Part shown: positions 13,720 through 25,880 of the stretch, piece after piece | How the letters are laid out: each line of letters opens with the position of its first letter | How positions within the stretch are numbered: the stretch's first letter is position 1 | Assembly (NCBI GenBank): GCA_002269645.1 | Contig: NIVC01001088.1 | Location: 1 to 64,000, forward strand | Length of the DNA stretch: 64,000 bases | Direction: 5' to 3' | Source of the DNA: Macrostomum lignano | Taxonomy: Eukaryota | Made by a program: the position numbers and the translations under genes | The notes under the pieces: generated by a model | The model's database searches: none | Told to the model about the DNA's origin: nothing | The model's input: only the letters and a program-made list of their open reading frames with translations

Positions 13720-14470
13720 TGCATTTTAAGGCCTGGGTGCAAATGTCAGCCACACTGCCAGCAGTGTTTAGAGTGCTAGCATCAGCTAACAGGCAATCAA
13801 TTAAATGCCAAGTATATGCCTATTCCCGCTAGTAAGGTACCTGCATGATTAGCAGCAGCACCTTCTGCACTGGCTATGGGCAGTACAACCTGGCTTGGAT
13901 GAAATTGCCTGCTAGCTGGAATTGCCTATGGCACAACAGTTCATTGGGACAGGATATAGGCTAGTGTGGTGATAGAGTGCTACATTTGTGACTCACTCAT
14001 AGCCAATCTTGAAGGCAATGTGTAGCAGGCCAGTGTGTACTACATCAATCATCTGTTCAAGCAAATCCATCAGTGTCCAGGTCTTGGCATTGTACAACAG
14101 GATGGTCTCAATCACCACCTGAACCAACACTGCCTCTGGCAGTAGGCAGGGCCTCAGACTGTAGGACAACCCTCATGGAACAGAAGGCAGCCTAGGCAAG
14201 TCCATGGCAACATCATAGGTCCTCGCAAATATCAGGTACCAGACTGCCAAGGTAGACAGACTGCTGACAACATGGAAGCTTCGTCACCTGTCCTGTTGGG
14301 AAGAAAATTGCAGCCTTGATATTGTCTAGTGCACAAAGCACAATGGTCTTCTGCATGTTGACCACCAGGCCAATGCTTGCCACAATGCTCACTAGCTAGT
14401 GCAGCTGGCTTTGGGCACCCTTGATGGTCAAGGACAGCAGTGCAAGATCATTGGCATTTGGTGCCTTTTT
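13720..14470 (-). pseudogene. Degenerate RTE-like non-LTR retrotransposon reverse-transcriptase fragment
   Basis: Hand translation gives NANDLALLS..GAQSQL..LVSIVASIGLVVNMQKT, YLGSLV, GLA*AAF, VIETILLYNAKTWTL, matching RT motifs YADD-LALL, GLxVNxxKT and LLYxAETWTL. Contains stops and frameshifts. Confidence 0.85.
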
Positions 14471-15927
14471 GGTTGGCATCAATATCCCAAAAACAAACTT
14501 TAAAAATCTGTTTATAACTTATACTATCAATGTTATTCCCAGACTCAATCACTTGCAATGGCTTTGTTTTCATTCAAATTGAATTAAACTTAAGCTTAAA
14601 CTTTGAGCAAACTTTCATGTTTATAATAAAATGAATGATTGTTGTAAAAGTGACTATAATTTAATTTTTTTACATAATTTTATTGTTAATATTAGGCCTA
14701 TTTCTATACTGAATATGCCAAATATACCAAGTATGCTAGAAAAAAGCTATTTATACCAGAAAATTCAATGAAATCTACTGCCTTCCTGATTATATCATTT
14801 ATAAACTATACTATATATTTTGATTTATATTCATTTTGAATCAAGTTGATTAAAGAAGTTATTATGTAGTCAATTTCTTAGTTAGTCAAAACTTAGTTAA
14901 AAATATATAATGAGAAAAGGCTATAAAAGTAACTATTCATATTTATGATTTATGACTAAATTTGTTTTAGGGGCAAAGTAGTCTAGGAAAAGTCTATGAT
15001 AAAATGGTTTAAGGTAAACAACTAATTACTTTTGTTTTATAATATGATGCATTTACTAGGCTAGAGGCTTATGAATATTGCATAAAAGAAGGGTAGTAAA
15101 ACAAATGTTTTTGTTTTGGCTTAGCTTTTATTTAAGAACTAAAACTATAATGTCTATCTATTATAAAGGACCTAATGAATCTATTATTTTTCAATTGATA
15201 AACTATATAATTTGATAATCAACTGCCCTATTGAAATAAGTGGACAAAAGGCATCTGACAAGGTAAAAATTACTGTTTGAAGCTAAAATTATTGATATAT
15301 TGAAATATATTGGATACTATTTTCCATTTATACCATTTAAAACTAAAGACAATATATTTTATAGAGAAAAGATAAAGCTTGATTGATCCTTGCAAATAAA
15401 CTGAATACTCTATTTGTTTAGGCCTTAGCTAATAAAAATGCAAAATAATCTATAGTAAATACCAATTTAATCAATAAGTTATTTATGCAATTATTGATAT
15501 TTAAGAAATTGAAATTAGAAACAAAACAAGATCCAAGTAGACCTGTAGTATTAATCTATTTAGAGTATAGAAATATATACAAGTAAGAAGGTTTTTATAT
15601 CTAATTATGTTAGGCCTCATATGGCCAGGTTAATCCCTAGGTTGTGCCTAAGCATGTTAGGCCTATGCCTAAAAGTGAAGAAAAATAAAAAAAGAGTAAT
15701 GAACTTATAAGTAATTAAAAAACAAACAAATCAAAAGAGAGCCTTATGATGATTGATGAGGCTAATAGGAAATAAGATTTAAATTGCATGCTAAGCAAAG
15801 CTATGTTGTCACAAAATGTTGATTGATTGATTGTCATTGATCTATAAAACTATTTTTTAAAGAAACTTCATTTTACTTTGCATCAATGCACATTCCAATG
15901 CTTATTATTTCATGCCAATCAGTTGCT

Positions 15928-17744
15928 ATGGTGAAGGCTATGTTTGAGTTTTTGTCCTCGCTGGACTTGACAGTTATTAACAAGATTTACAGCAATTCTT
16001 ACACAGTTACAAGTTTGTTCAGGTATGGTAATTGTATTCATTTTTTTGTAAAAAAAATTGCAGTTTATAAAATACTGTTTATTAATTGGCATTTTTAGTG
16101 AGCTCCCAACGCTAGGCAAGCACCTGCTTGTCCGACTGCTTTTTATTCCATCTGTAATACCCAAGAAAGTGGTATTGGCCTGGTTTACTAAAGAGGCCCA
16201 GCAGTCTGAACTGCCGGAGGCTTTAAAAGTGCTTGAACGGCTTAGAATATTGGAATCAGTTGACGCTGCTGGTGGGATGGCCAGTTATCGGATAAAACCA
16301 GAATTTCAGGTCAGTTCTACTAAAGCTTACTTAGTTGCTTACTTACCAAATTTACCAAATTTAATGACTCGTCACAGAGATCTTTGTAGCTGGCGCCTCA
16401 ACTGTAGCTGGCGCCTCATCTCTGTAGCTGGGGCCTCATCTCTGTAGCTGGCGCCTCATCTGTAGCTGGCGCCTCTTCTGTAGCTGGCGCCTCATCTCTG
16501 TAGCTGGCGCCTCGTCTGTAGCTGGCGTCTCATCTGTAGCTTGCGCCTCATCTGTAGCTGGCGCATCATCTCTGTAGCTGGCGCCTCATCTCTGTAGCTT
16601 GCGCCTCATCTGTAGCTGGCATCTCATCTCTGTAGCTTGCGCCTCATCTGTAGCTGGCGCCTCATCTGTAGCTGGCGCCTCATCTGTAGCTGGCGCCTCA
16701 TCTCTGTAGCTGGCGCCTCATCTCTGTAGCTTGCGCCTCATCTGTAGCTGGCGCCTCATCTGTAGCTGGCGCGTCATCTCTGTAGCTGGCGCCTCATCTC
16801 TGTAGCTTGCGCCTCATCTGTAGCTGGCGCCTCTTCTGTAGCTGCCACCACCCCCTGACCCCCTCTGTAGCTGGCGCCTCATCTCTGTAGCTGGCGCCTC
16901 ATCTGTAGCTGGCGCCTCTTCTGTAGCTGGCGCCTCATCTCTGTAGCTTGCGCCTCATCTGTAGCTGCCGCCTCTTCTGTAGCGGGCGCCTCATCTCTGT
17001 AGCTTGCGCCTCATCTGTAGCTGGCGCCTCATCTGTAGCTGGCGCCTCATCTGTAGCTGGCGCCTCATCTCTGTAGCTTGCGCCTCATCTGTAGCTGGCG
17101 CCTCATCTGTAGCTGGCGCCTCATCTCTGTAGCTTGCGCCTCATCTGTAGCTGCCGCCTCCTCCGCCACCCCCTCTGTAGCTGGCGCCTTTTCTTTAGCA
17201 AAATCTGTAGCATCTGTATTTACTTTCTAATAAATGAACTATACGCCTCCGTCTGACAAAAAACAGGCTGTACTTTCTAAACAAATTCTCTCAAACTATC
17301 CCAGGAGAGCCTCCGTCGCGGACTGCAAGGCGGCGGCCAGGCCTGGTACGAAACCGGCTCAGTAGATTCGGCTGGCAGTGACAAAGGAGGTCGCAGCATC
17401 GAACAGTTGGACCAGTTCGCCAAAGAGCACTGGGACTCTCTGCTGCAGTTCATGGTGAACTCGCGCGAACTTGAACGGGGAAAAGTTAGCAAAGCTGTTG
17501 AACAGCTCCTAGTGGACTCCGGACTGTGCGTGCCCGGCGGTGGCGGCGGCGGCGGAAGTCGCGGCAGCGGCAGCGATGAAGATGACGACGAGGATGACGA
17601 CGGCGAGGGCGGCGGCGGCGGTGGCTTCACAGTCGGCGAAAGCGGCTTCCGGTTCCTGCTTTTGGATCAGGCCACTCAGGTGGGTGTCTGTCTGTCTGTC
17701 TGTCTGTCTTTCTGCCTGCCTGTCTGTTTTTCTGTCTGTCTGCC

Positions 17745-17805
<61 letters not shown>

Positions 17806-17840
17806 TTCTGCCTGCCTGTCTGTTTTTCTGTCTGTCTGCC

Positions 17841-17885
<45 letters not shown>

Positions 17886-17898
17886 TTCTGCCTGCCTA

Positions 17899-17961
<63 letters not shown>

Positions 17962-17996
17962 TTCTGCCTGCCTGTCTGTTTTTCTGTCTGTCTGCC

Positions 17997-18045
<49 letters not shown>

Positions 18046-18080
18046 TTCTGCCTGCCTGTCTGTTTTTCTGTCTGTCTGCC

Positions 18081-18121
<41 letters not shown>

Positions 18122-18132
18122 TTCTGCCTGCC

Positions 18133-18205
<73 letters not shown>

Positions 18206-18240
18206 TTCTGCCTGCCTGTCTGTTTTTCTGTCTGTCTGCC

Positions 18241-18277
<37 letters not shown>

Positions 18278-20831
18278 GCCTGCCTGTCTGTCTGCCTGCC
18301 TGTCTGTCTGTCTGTCTGTCTGCCTGTCTGTCTGTTTCCCTCTATATCAATCTGACATCTGCCTTTTTTGTGCTAATTCAGCTTTATGCCCTACCTGTCA
18401 ATACCAGTGGCTTTCCTCGTCAGCTAACCAGACGCTTCGAATGTGACTCGAACCCACCCTGTACCCTCGCTCGAACCGCAGGTGCAAACCATAGTAGTAC
18501 ATTTTCTACGCGCAGTGCAAAAAGGCTCGGGCAAGATGGCAGGCATTGACCTGTCCGAAGCCATCAACCTGTTGTTCCAGCTGAGCTCGGCCACCCTGGG
18601 CCGCAGCTATCCAACAGCCTGCCTGCCCAGTCCCAGCCAGCAGTCCTGCCTGCGGCACTGCCGCGCTCTCGGCCTGGTGTATTGGCGCAAACGCTATCCG
18701 GGCAGATTCTACCCGACTAGGCTGGCTACCAGAGCCACTTCCGGTCGGCTGGGACTGGCCGATTCTACCGGAAGTGCTGACGGTAGCGGCGGTGGTGACG
18801 GAGGTTATCTAATTGTTGAGACAAACTTCCGGGTGTTCGCATTTACTAATTCTCCACTTCAGGTGTGTGTAGGATTTGTTTAATCTTTTTCTAATATTAA
18901 TAAACCAGTGCCATTGTTATGGACAACAATAAACAGATTGACGCTGAACTCTCTGAGAATCTAGTGAATTATCTAGCTAATGATGTAGCTAATGATGTAG
19001 CTAGTGATCTAGTTAATGATCTAGTACTTCGGGTGTGTCATAAGTAATGTCACTGATGTGAAAACAGACGAACTTGCAATCGCAGATGAACAAAACTGTA
19101 CCACTCAACAACATAGAGTCCCCCAATATCAATCACCCTCTGGCAGTGCTCATACAGCTTGTCCACCTCAGCCTGCAGGTGTTTTTCCTCCAACTGCCAT
19201 AACCAGTGCAACGCAGCCTGTTTTACCTCTTCATGGTTTGCGAAACTCTTCTTGGAAAAGTCAGCCTTCAGCCATTTGAACAGGAATCTCTTGCAAAAGT
19301 TGAAGTCTGGGCTGTAGGGACTGTCAGAGAATATTCACTTGCTGTGCAGGCAGAAAATTCGAAACAGCCTTCAGGTGTGCAGCCGTGCGGTGTCCATCTG
19401 CCACAGAACCTCGTCCAGGTGACATGGATTTGACCGGAGAGTGCACCAGAGGTCCCCAGTGTGCCGGAAAAAGTCGATAAAGTACTGGCCATCGACCTTG
19501 GTGTTCGGTGGAGTTGTGCAGATGGAGACTCGTTTGTTTGGCGTGAAGGCTACCAGCAGCATGATCTTCTTGTCCGAGATGGACTTCCTAGTCACCATCG
19601 GCCTGAAGTCCCCAGCTCCCAACCAGCAGCGATTGTCTGCCTTGCTGCCCTTGCCATCCAGGTGGAGCCAGCTTTCATCCTCAGCAACCAGGCAGTTTAG
19701 GATGTCATTCAAGCCCCGGCTGCTAAACACCTTGCGGATCTGCTTGGTGCAGGCGTCTTGTCGAGATTCATGATGATTTTTGTTCGCTGCATGGACAATT
19801 TTTCATCGCGTTGCACTTGCTAAATCTGCTTGGCGTATTCTTGCGATACCTTGGGCCATAAACACCTATGCATGTCTCAAATGCACTGCTATTGCTTCAC
19901 TAAGTATACTTTGCAGCTACACTACCCACAAGTTCATGTGCCTACATATTTTAGACAGAGGCCTGCAGTGACATTATTTATGACACACCCGAAGTAAATG
20001 ATGTGAATTATCTAGATAATGATCTAGTAAATGATCTAGTGAATGATCTAGCTATTGATCCAGTTAATGATCTAGTAAATGATTCAGCTAATGATATAGT
20101 GAATATCTAGTAAATGATCTAACTAATGATCTAGCTAATGATCTAGGGAATTATCTAGTAAATGATCTAGCTAATCATCTAGCTAATGATCCAGCTAATG
20201 GTCTAGCTAATGATATAGCTAAAGATCCAGTTAATGATCTAGCTAAGGATCCAGCTAATGGTCTAGCTAATGATCTAGCTAAGGATCCAGCTTAAAAGTC
20301 GAAATCCACTTGTTGACATGTTTGCACAATTTGTCAAAGTTGCAGTTATTTAATTTTACGAGTACAATACGACGTAAAATGCCTCTGTCACTGCAGGTAG
20401 CTCTGGTTGCCCTATTCACCCAGCCGCTGTACCGATTTCCCAATCTATTCTGCGGTCACATCACCCGCCAGAGCGTGGCTGACGCCCTGTCTCACGGCAT
20501 CACGGCTAGGCAACTGCTGTCTTTTATGACCGCCAGCGCGCACCCGCAGCTGCGGCAGAGACAGCTGCCAACCGTGCTACCGCCCACAGTGTGCGACCAG
20601 ATGTTGCTATGGGAACGCGAGCGCAATCGGTTCACTTTCACTGACAGCGTTCTGTACGAAAAGTTTGCTAATAAACGCGATTATCAAGCGGTGAAGTCGT
20701 ACGCGTCCGATTGCGGCGTGCTGTTGCATAGCGTTGATGATCGAATGATTCTGGTGGTTACCAATGCCGGCCACGACGATATCTGCCGATTCTATAAGCG
20801 CTACAAGCAGGAGTCCACCAGGGGGAACTGA
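15928..20831 (+). CDS. GTF2H4: General transcription factor IIH subunit 4 (p52/Tfb2); 5 coding exons
   Basis: Exons 15928-16022, 16099-16309, 17305-17679, 18482-18862, 20397-20831 with consistent phases. Motifs MFEFLSSL..SLFR|ELPTLGKHLLVRLLF, LDQFAKEHWDSLLQFMV, GFRFLLLD, FYPTRLA, GYLIVETNFRVFAFTNSPLQ, YRFPNL, PPTVCDQMLLWERERNR. The exact start Met is uncertain. Confidence 0.96.
16381..17190. repeat. 18/20-bp minisatellite (tgtagctggcgcctcatc[tc]) in GTF2H4 intron 2
   Basis: Direct tandem repeats. Confidence 0.95.
17686..18336. repeat. (TCTG)n microsatellite in GTF2H4 intron 3
   Basis: Direct observation. Confidence 0.97.
18958..20292. repeat. 12-bp minisatellite (ctagctaatgat-type), split by a mariner insertion at 19027-19994
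   Basis: The same unit occurs at 18958-19024 and 19997-20292 on either side of the transposon. Confidence 0.85.
19027..19994 (-). mobile_element. Tc1/mariner-family DNA transposon, degenerate, 968 bp
   Basis: 29-bp TIRs cttcgggtgtgtcataagtaatgtcactg (19027-19055) and the reverse complement at 19966-19994, with 1 mismatch. TA duplication at 19025-26 and 19995-96. Transposase remnants AEDESW, MDTARLH and SPYSPDFN, with stops and frameshifts. Confidence 0.92.
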
Positions 20832-20967
20832 AGCTTTGCCTTACTCTCTTTGTTTGGGATTTCTTCGAATCAGGAATGATCCCCGAAGATTCTGTGATTG
20901 TTCTACTGAAACCTCGCAAATTTTAGAAAAATCGTTATGGATTTCCGCCACGTCTTTAAACGGGATT

Positions 20968-21530
20968 GCCCCGAATCCTAAGGGATTCCCCCGAGTTCCC
21001 AATTATCCTAATAGATTGCCCTAAATCCTAAGGGATTCCCCCGAGTTCCCAATTATCCCAATAGATTGCCCTAAATCCTAAGGGATTCCCCAGAATTCCC
21101 AAGAATCCTAATGGATTGCCCCGAATCCTAAGGGATTCCCCCGAATCCTAAGGGATTCCCCCGAATCCTAAGGGATTCCCCCGAATCCTAAGGGATTCCC
21201 CGAATCCTAAGGGATTCCCCGAATCCTAAGGGATTCCCCGAATCCTAAGGGATTCCCCGAATCCTAAGGGATTCCCCCGAATCCTAAGGAATTCCCCCGA
21301 ATCCTAAGGGATTCCCCCGAATCCTAAGGGATTCCCCCGAATCCTAAGGGAGTTCCCCGAATCCTAAGGGATTCCCCCGAATCCTAAGGGATTCCCCCGA
21401 ATCCTAAGGGATTCCCCCGAATCCTAAGGGATTCCCCCGAATTCTAAGGGATTCCCCCGAATCCTAAGGGATTCCCCGAATCCTAAGGGATTCCCCCGAA
21501 TCCTAAGGGATTCCCCCGAATCCTTAGGGT
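20968..21530. repeat. 19/20-bp minisatellite cccc(c)gaatcctaagggatt with an internal palindrome
   Basis: Direct tandem repeats; GAATCC-taag-GGATTC inverted core. Confidence 0.95.
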
Positions 21531-22261
21531 CTCCCTGGATAAAGAGTTAAATGTTTTTTCGTTTCATGCGTCTAACTAATTAAATGCATCCAATAGATGA
21601 AAAAATTCAAGCATTTATTTTTTGTAAAAAACTGATAATATTACACAATTTATTATCAGTAATACTGTACTAATAAATGTATTACTGCTTATAATACTAA
21701 AACTGTTATTATAAAAATATATCATAAGTAGAGATCTTCGTCTGCATAATTTTATGACTATACTTTTTTATAACTATTTATTTTAGTTAGGGAATTTTTT
21801 CCAATTAGTACTGCTTCAGAAAGTATAGTCTAAAAATAGTAATATCCTTAAATGGCAGTAGATATTTAGCGAGCGGCTGAGTTGCATATTTGAAGTTTTT
21901 CTATTCTTTATTAAGTCTTTTAGTGTGTGCGTTTGTGGTGGGTGTGCAGTTTTTTTGGCACTGGGCCAACAACACTAGATTGCATTAGAGTTTGCTTGTT
22001 GAGTGGACCAGTCGTTCTCACGCACTTTCTCTCTGTGTGTATGTGTTATTCTCTCTCTAAAGGCCCTTTTTTCTCTCCTCTTTGGGTCATTAGGTATTAC
22101 TCTGCTTTTGTATCATGCAAGCTCTTATTTGCACTCTTCTTTATCTGTTTAGCATTTGTACTGCAGATTGGTTGAGTTTAGTAATCGATATTGGAGCAAT
22201 TAGTACTTGTTAGTCTTAGTGAGGGTAGGGTGTCTTATTCTGGATTTTTGCTCTTGTGTAA

Positions 22262-23209
22262 TGACGTTTCTTTTACTGTAGTTGTGTAATATCAGTTTGT
22301 TAATGATTGTAGAATATCAGATTACTGTAGTTGTGTAATATCAGATTACTGTAGTTGTGTAATATCAGGTTACTGTAGTTGTGTAATATCACATTACTGT
22401 AGTTGTGTAATATCAGTTTGTTAATGATTGTAGAATATCAGATTACTGTAGTTGTGTAATATCAGGTTACTGTAGTTGTGTAATATCAGGTTACTGTAGT
22501 TGTGTAATATCAGGTTACTGTAGTTGTGTAATATCAGGTTACTGTAGTTGTGTAATATCAGATTACTGTAGTTGTGTAATATCAGGTTACTGTAGTTGTG
22601 TAATATCACATTACTGTAGTTGTGTAATATCAGATTACTGTAGTTGTGTAATATCAGATTACTGTAGTTGTGTAATATCACATTACTGTAGTTGTGTAAT
22701 ATCAGATTACTGTAGTTGTGTAATATCACATTACTGTAGTTGTGTAATATCAGATTACTGTAGTTGTGTAATATCACATTACTGTAGTTGTGTAATATCA
22801 GATTACTGTAGTTGTGTAATATCACATTACTGTAGTTGTGTAATATCAGATTACTGTAGTTGTGTAATATCACATTACTGTAGTTGTGTAATATCAGATT
22901 ACTGTAGTTGTGTAATATCACATTACTGTAGTTGTGTAATATCACATTACTGTAGTTGTGTAATATCACATTACTGTAGTTGTGTAATATCAGATTACTG
23001 TAGTTGTGTAATATCACATTACTGTAGTTGTGTAATATCAGATTACTGTAGTTGTGTAATATCACATTACTGTAGTTGTGTAATATCAGATTACTGTAGT
23101 TGTGTAATATCACATTACTGTAGTTGTGTAATATCACATTACTGTAGTTGTGTAATATCACATTACTGTAGTTGTGTAATATCAGGTTACTGTAGTTGTG
23201 TAATATCAG
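22262..23209. repeat. 24-bp minisatellite (ttactgtagttgtgtaatatcasa), about 39 copies
   Basis: Direct tandem repeats; produces the spurious (LILHNYSN)n ORF. Confidence 0.97.
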
Positions 23210-23299
23210 GGCAGAACTGCCATCAGCTCTGGATGCAGATGCACCAGGGTAACTGCATCTCCACCTCCATCTGTTTCAGCTTCCGCAATAAAACAAAGC

Positions 23300-25231
23300 A
23301 TGAAAACTCGCAGAAAGAAGCAGCACCAGACTCCAATCGAATCGTCAAGCTCTTCATCATCGGCCTCGTCAGAATCATCGGATTTAGAATCGTTCACCTG
23401 CCCAGTCTGCCTGTCGGTGATGGTGAAGCCGGTGCTGTTGCCATGCCAACACGAGCTGTGTCTGGGCTGCCTGATGCAGGCCTGCTCAGGCGACTGGTGC
23501 AGCCTGGCCTGCCCCCTGTGCCGCCGCCGGCTGTCCGTGTGGATGCGCCGAGCTCGCAATCCGGAGCTGCTGGTCAACCAGGACAAATGGCGGCGCATTC
23601 AACAGCTGCACCCGCGGCTAGTTGAAGTTGTCGAGGCTGGCGGCAGCGCCGACAACGGGGCCGAGCGGCGTCAGCTGGCGCAGCCGGGCGAGCTGCAAGC
23701 TGAGTGGCAAGCCGCGGTGGACGCCTTGACTGCCGAGCGTCGGGCACAGCAGGCGACCGAGGAGGCGGCTTCGTTGGCGCTGATTCGCCGACTGCGCCTG
23801 GCCGAAGCTACGGCGACAGCGATGTCACCGGCGGAGCAGAGCATGGCTGAGGATATCGCTCTGGCTGACGGTGAGTGCTGTGGTGGCCTCTGAAAAATCG
23901 CCACTTCTTTGAAAAGATTGCTCTAATCTATCACCATGAGAATTACTTTGTAAAAAATTCCCCTCCGTTAAAAACACCTCAAAATTCTCTTTTAAAAAAC
24001 CGCCTTTAAAAATCGCCTCTAAAGAACCCCCCCCCCCCTAATTAAAACTCCTTTCTAAAAAATCGGCCATTAAAAATCGTCTCCTAATGAATCTCCACAT
24101 AAAAAATCTCCCCCCCTAAAGAATCTCCGCAATTAAAAATCGCCCCCTAAAGAATCTTCACATTAAAAATCGCCCATAAAAATCTTCACATTAAAAATCT
24201 CCCCCTAAAAATCTCCGCAATTAAAAATTCCCGCCTTTAAGAATCTCCCCATTAAAAATCGTCTTTAAAGAATCCCAATTAAAATCGTCCCCTAAAGAAT
24301 CGCCCAAATAAATTTCACCACTAAAAATCTCCCAATTAAAAATCGCCCCCTAAAAATCTCCCAATTAAAAATCGCCCCCTAAAAATCTCCCCATTAAAAC
24401 TCGCCCCCTAAAATAACCCCATTAAAAATCGCCCCTTAAGAACCCCCGCATTAAAAATCGCCCCTTAAGAACCCCCGCATTAAAAATCGCCCCTTAAGAA
24501 CCCCCGCATTAAAAATCGCCCCTAAAGAATCGCCCCGAAAAGAATCGCCCTTAAAATCGCCCTTGAAAAATCGTCCCTAAAGAATCGCTCTATTAAAAAT
24601 CACACCCCTCCCAGCGGCGATCCCAGACGAGCCCCAGTCCGAGCCAGGCTACCCGCTCGCCGCTCCGCCAATTCGCCGTCACGACTCCGACGAGTCTTCG
24701 GCAATTGTCGACAATCGTTGTCGCCTGTTCTCCGCCACCGCCGCCGCCTACCTGCGCTGCGACTCGGTTGACAGCATCGGGCCGGAGCTCAATCAGCATT
24801 TCCGGCCAATTCAAGCGATGCCGCTGACGCCAACTAAGCCGGCGAATTCTACGCCGGCATCCACAGCGTCAGGATCGGCGGCTACGCCAGGCTCCGTCAG
24901 GAAAGTCGTGCACCGCCCGAAGGCTACTAAACGCCAGAGTCGCAGAGCTGCCGCGGCCGCTGCCGCCGCCGCTTTGATATCTGGCGGCGGCCGGCCTCGA
25001 CGGCTGCTCCGGTCGGCCAGCGTTCAAGAAACCGCCTCGACATCGTCGACAACTTCAACGAAACCGTCGTCTCGTTGTCTGCGCAGCCAGATGTCTGTAG
25101 TGGTGGAATCGCCGGCCGCTACTGCTGGCTTAGAAGAGAGCCTGCTAGTTGAAGCCGAGAGCTGCTCTGCGGGTAGCGGCGGCTACAGCTTGCGAAAGCT
25201 TCATCAACAACAACAGACAAAGTTTGAGTAA
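23300..25231 (+). CDS. RNF168: RNF168/RNF169-like RING E3 ubiquitin ligase (two confident exons; 3' end uncertain)
   Basis: Exons 23300-23870 and 24615-25231 (or to a donor after 25227). C3HC4 RING CPVCLSVMVKPVLLPCQHELCLGC..CPLCRRRLSVW; LVNQDKWRRIQ; UMI/MIU1-like QPGELQAEWQAAVDALTAERRAQQATEEAASLALIRRL; motif DSIGPELNQHFRPI..TPTK. Confidence 0.85.
23950..24598. repeat. Degenerate A-run/C-run minisatellite (attaaaaatcgccccctaaagaa-type) in the RNF168 intron
   Basis: Direct observation. Confidence 0.85.
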
Positions 25232-25334
25232 GGCTTAAATACTGCAAGTGTCCTATTCTTTCTCATTTACCCTGTCTGCAATATTTGTCTTGTGAATTAC
25301 GGTTATAAATTATCTTTTAATTTTTCCACCTTAC

Positions 25335-25880
25335 TGTCCTTACCCTCTTCCCTCTTAACCCTCTTCCCTCTTTACCCTCTTCCCTCCTTACCCTCTTCCC
25401 TCTTTACCCTCTTCCCTCCTTACCCTCTTCCCTCTTTACCATCTTCCCTCTTTACCATCTTCCCTCTTTACCCTCTTCCCTCTTTACCCTCTTCCCTCTT
25501 TACCATCTTCCCTCTTTACCCTCTTCCCTCTTTACCCTCTTCCCTCTTTACCCTCTTCCCCCTTTACCCTCTTCCCTATTTACCCTCTTTACCCTCTTTA
25601 CCCTCTTCCCTCCTTACCCTCTTCCCTCTTTACCCTCTTCCCTCCTTACCCTCTTCCCTCTTTACCCTCTTCCCTCTTTACCCTTTCCCCCCTTTACCCT
25701 CTTCCCTCTTTACCCTCTTTACCCTCTTTACCCTCTTTACCCTCTTCCCTCTTTACCTTCTTCCCTATTTACCCTCTTCCCTCTTTACCCTCTTCCCCTT
25801 CTTTACCGTATTCCCCCTCGTCTCTCCCCTCTGCCCTCTTCCTTCTTTACCCTCTTCCCCTCTTTGCCCTCTTCCCTTTC
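25335..25880. repeat. Polypyrimidine repeat (ttaccctcttccctct)n
   Basis: Direct observation. Confidence 0.95.

Noticed and set aside
17407-18549. Long ORFs such as the 380-aa (VCLS)n, 246-aa (LILHNYSN)n, 420-aa (HPSI)n, 286-aa SEWRQK, 516-aa GGTVLG and 225-aa EEWQPI ORFs
   Set aside because: They are translations of stop-free tandem repeats, open in several frames and on both strands, and lie in introns with good flanking splice sites. Only the non-repeat parts that match real exons were used.
15928-25231. Adjacency of two DNA-repair genes (GTF2H4 and RNF168) as a functional cluster
   Set aside because: Two same-strand neighbours are not evidence of co-regulation without synteny or operon data.
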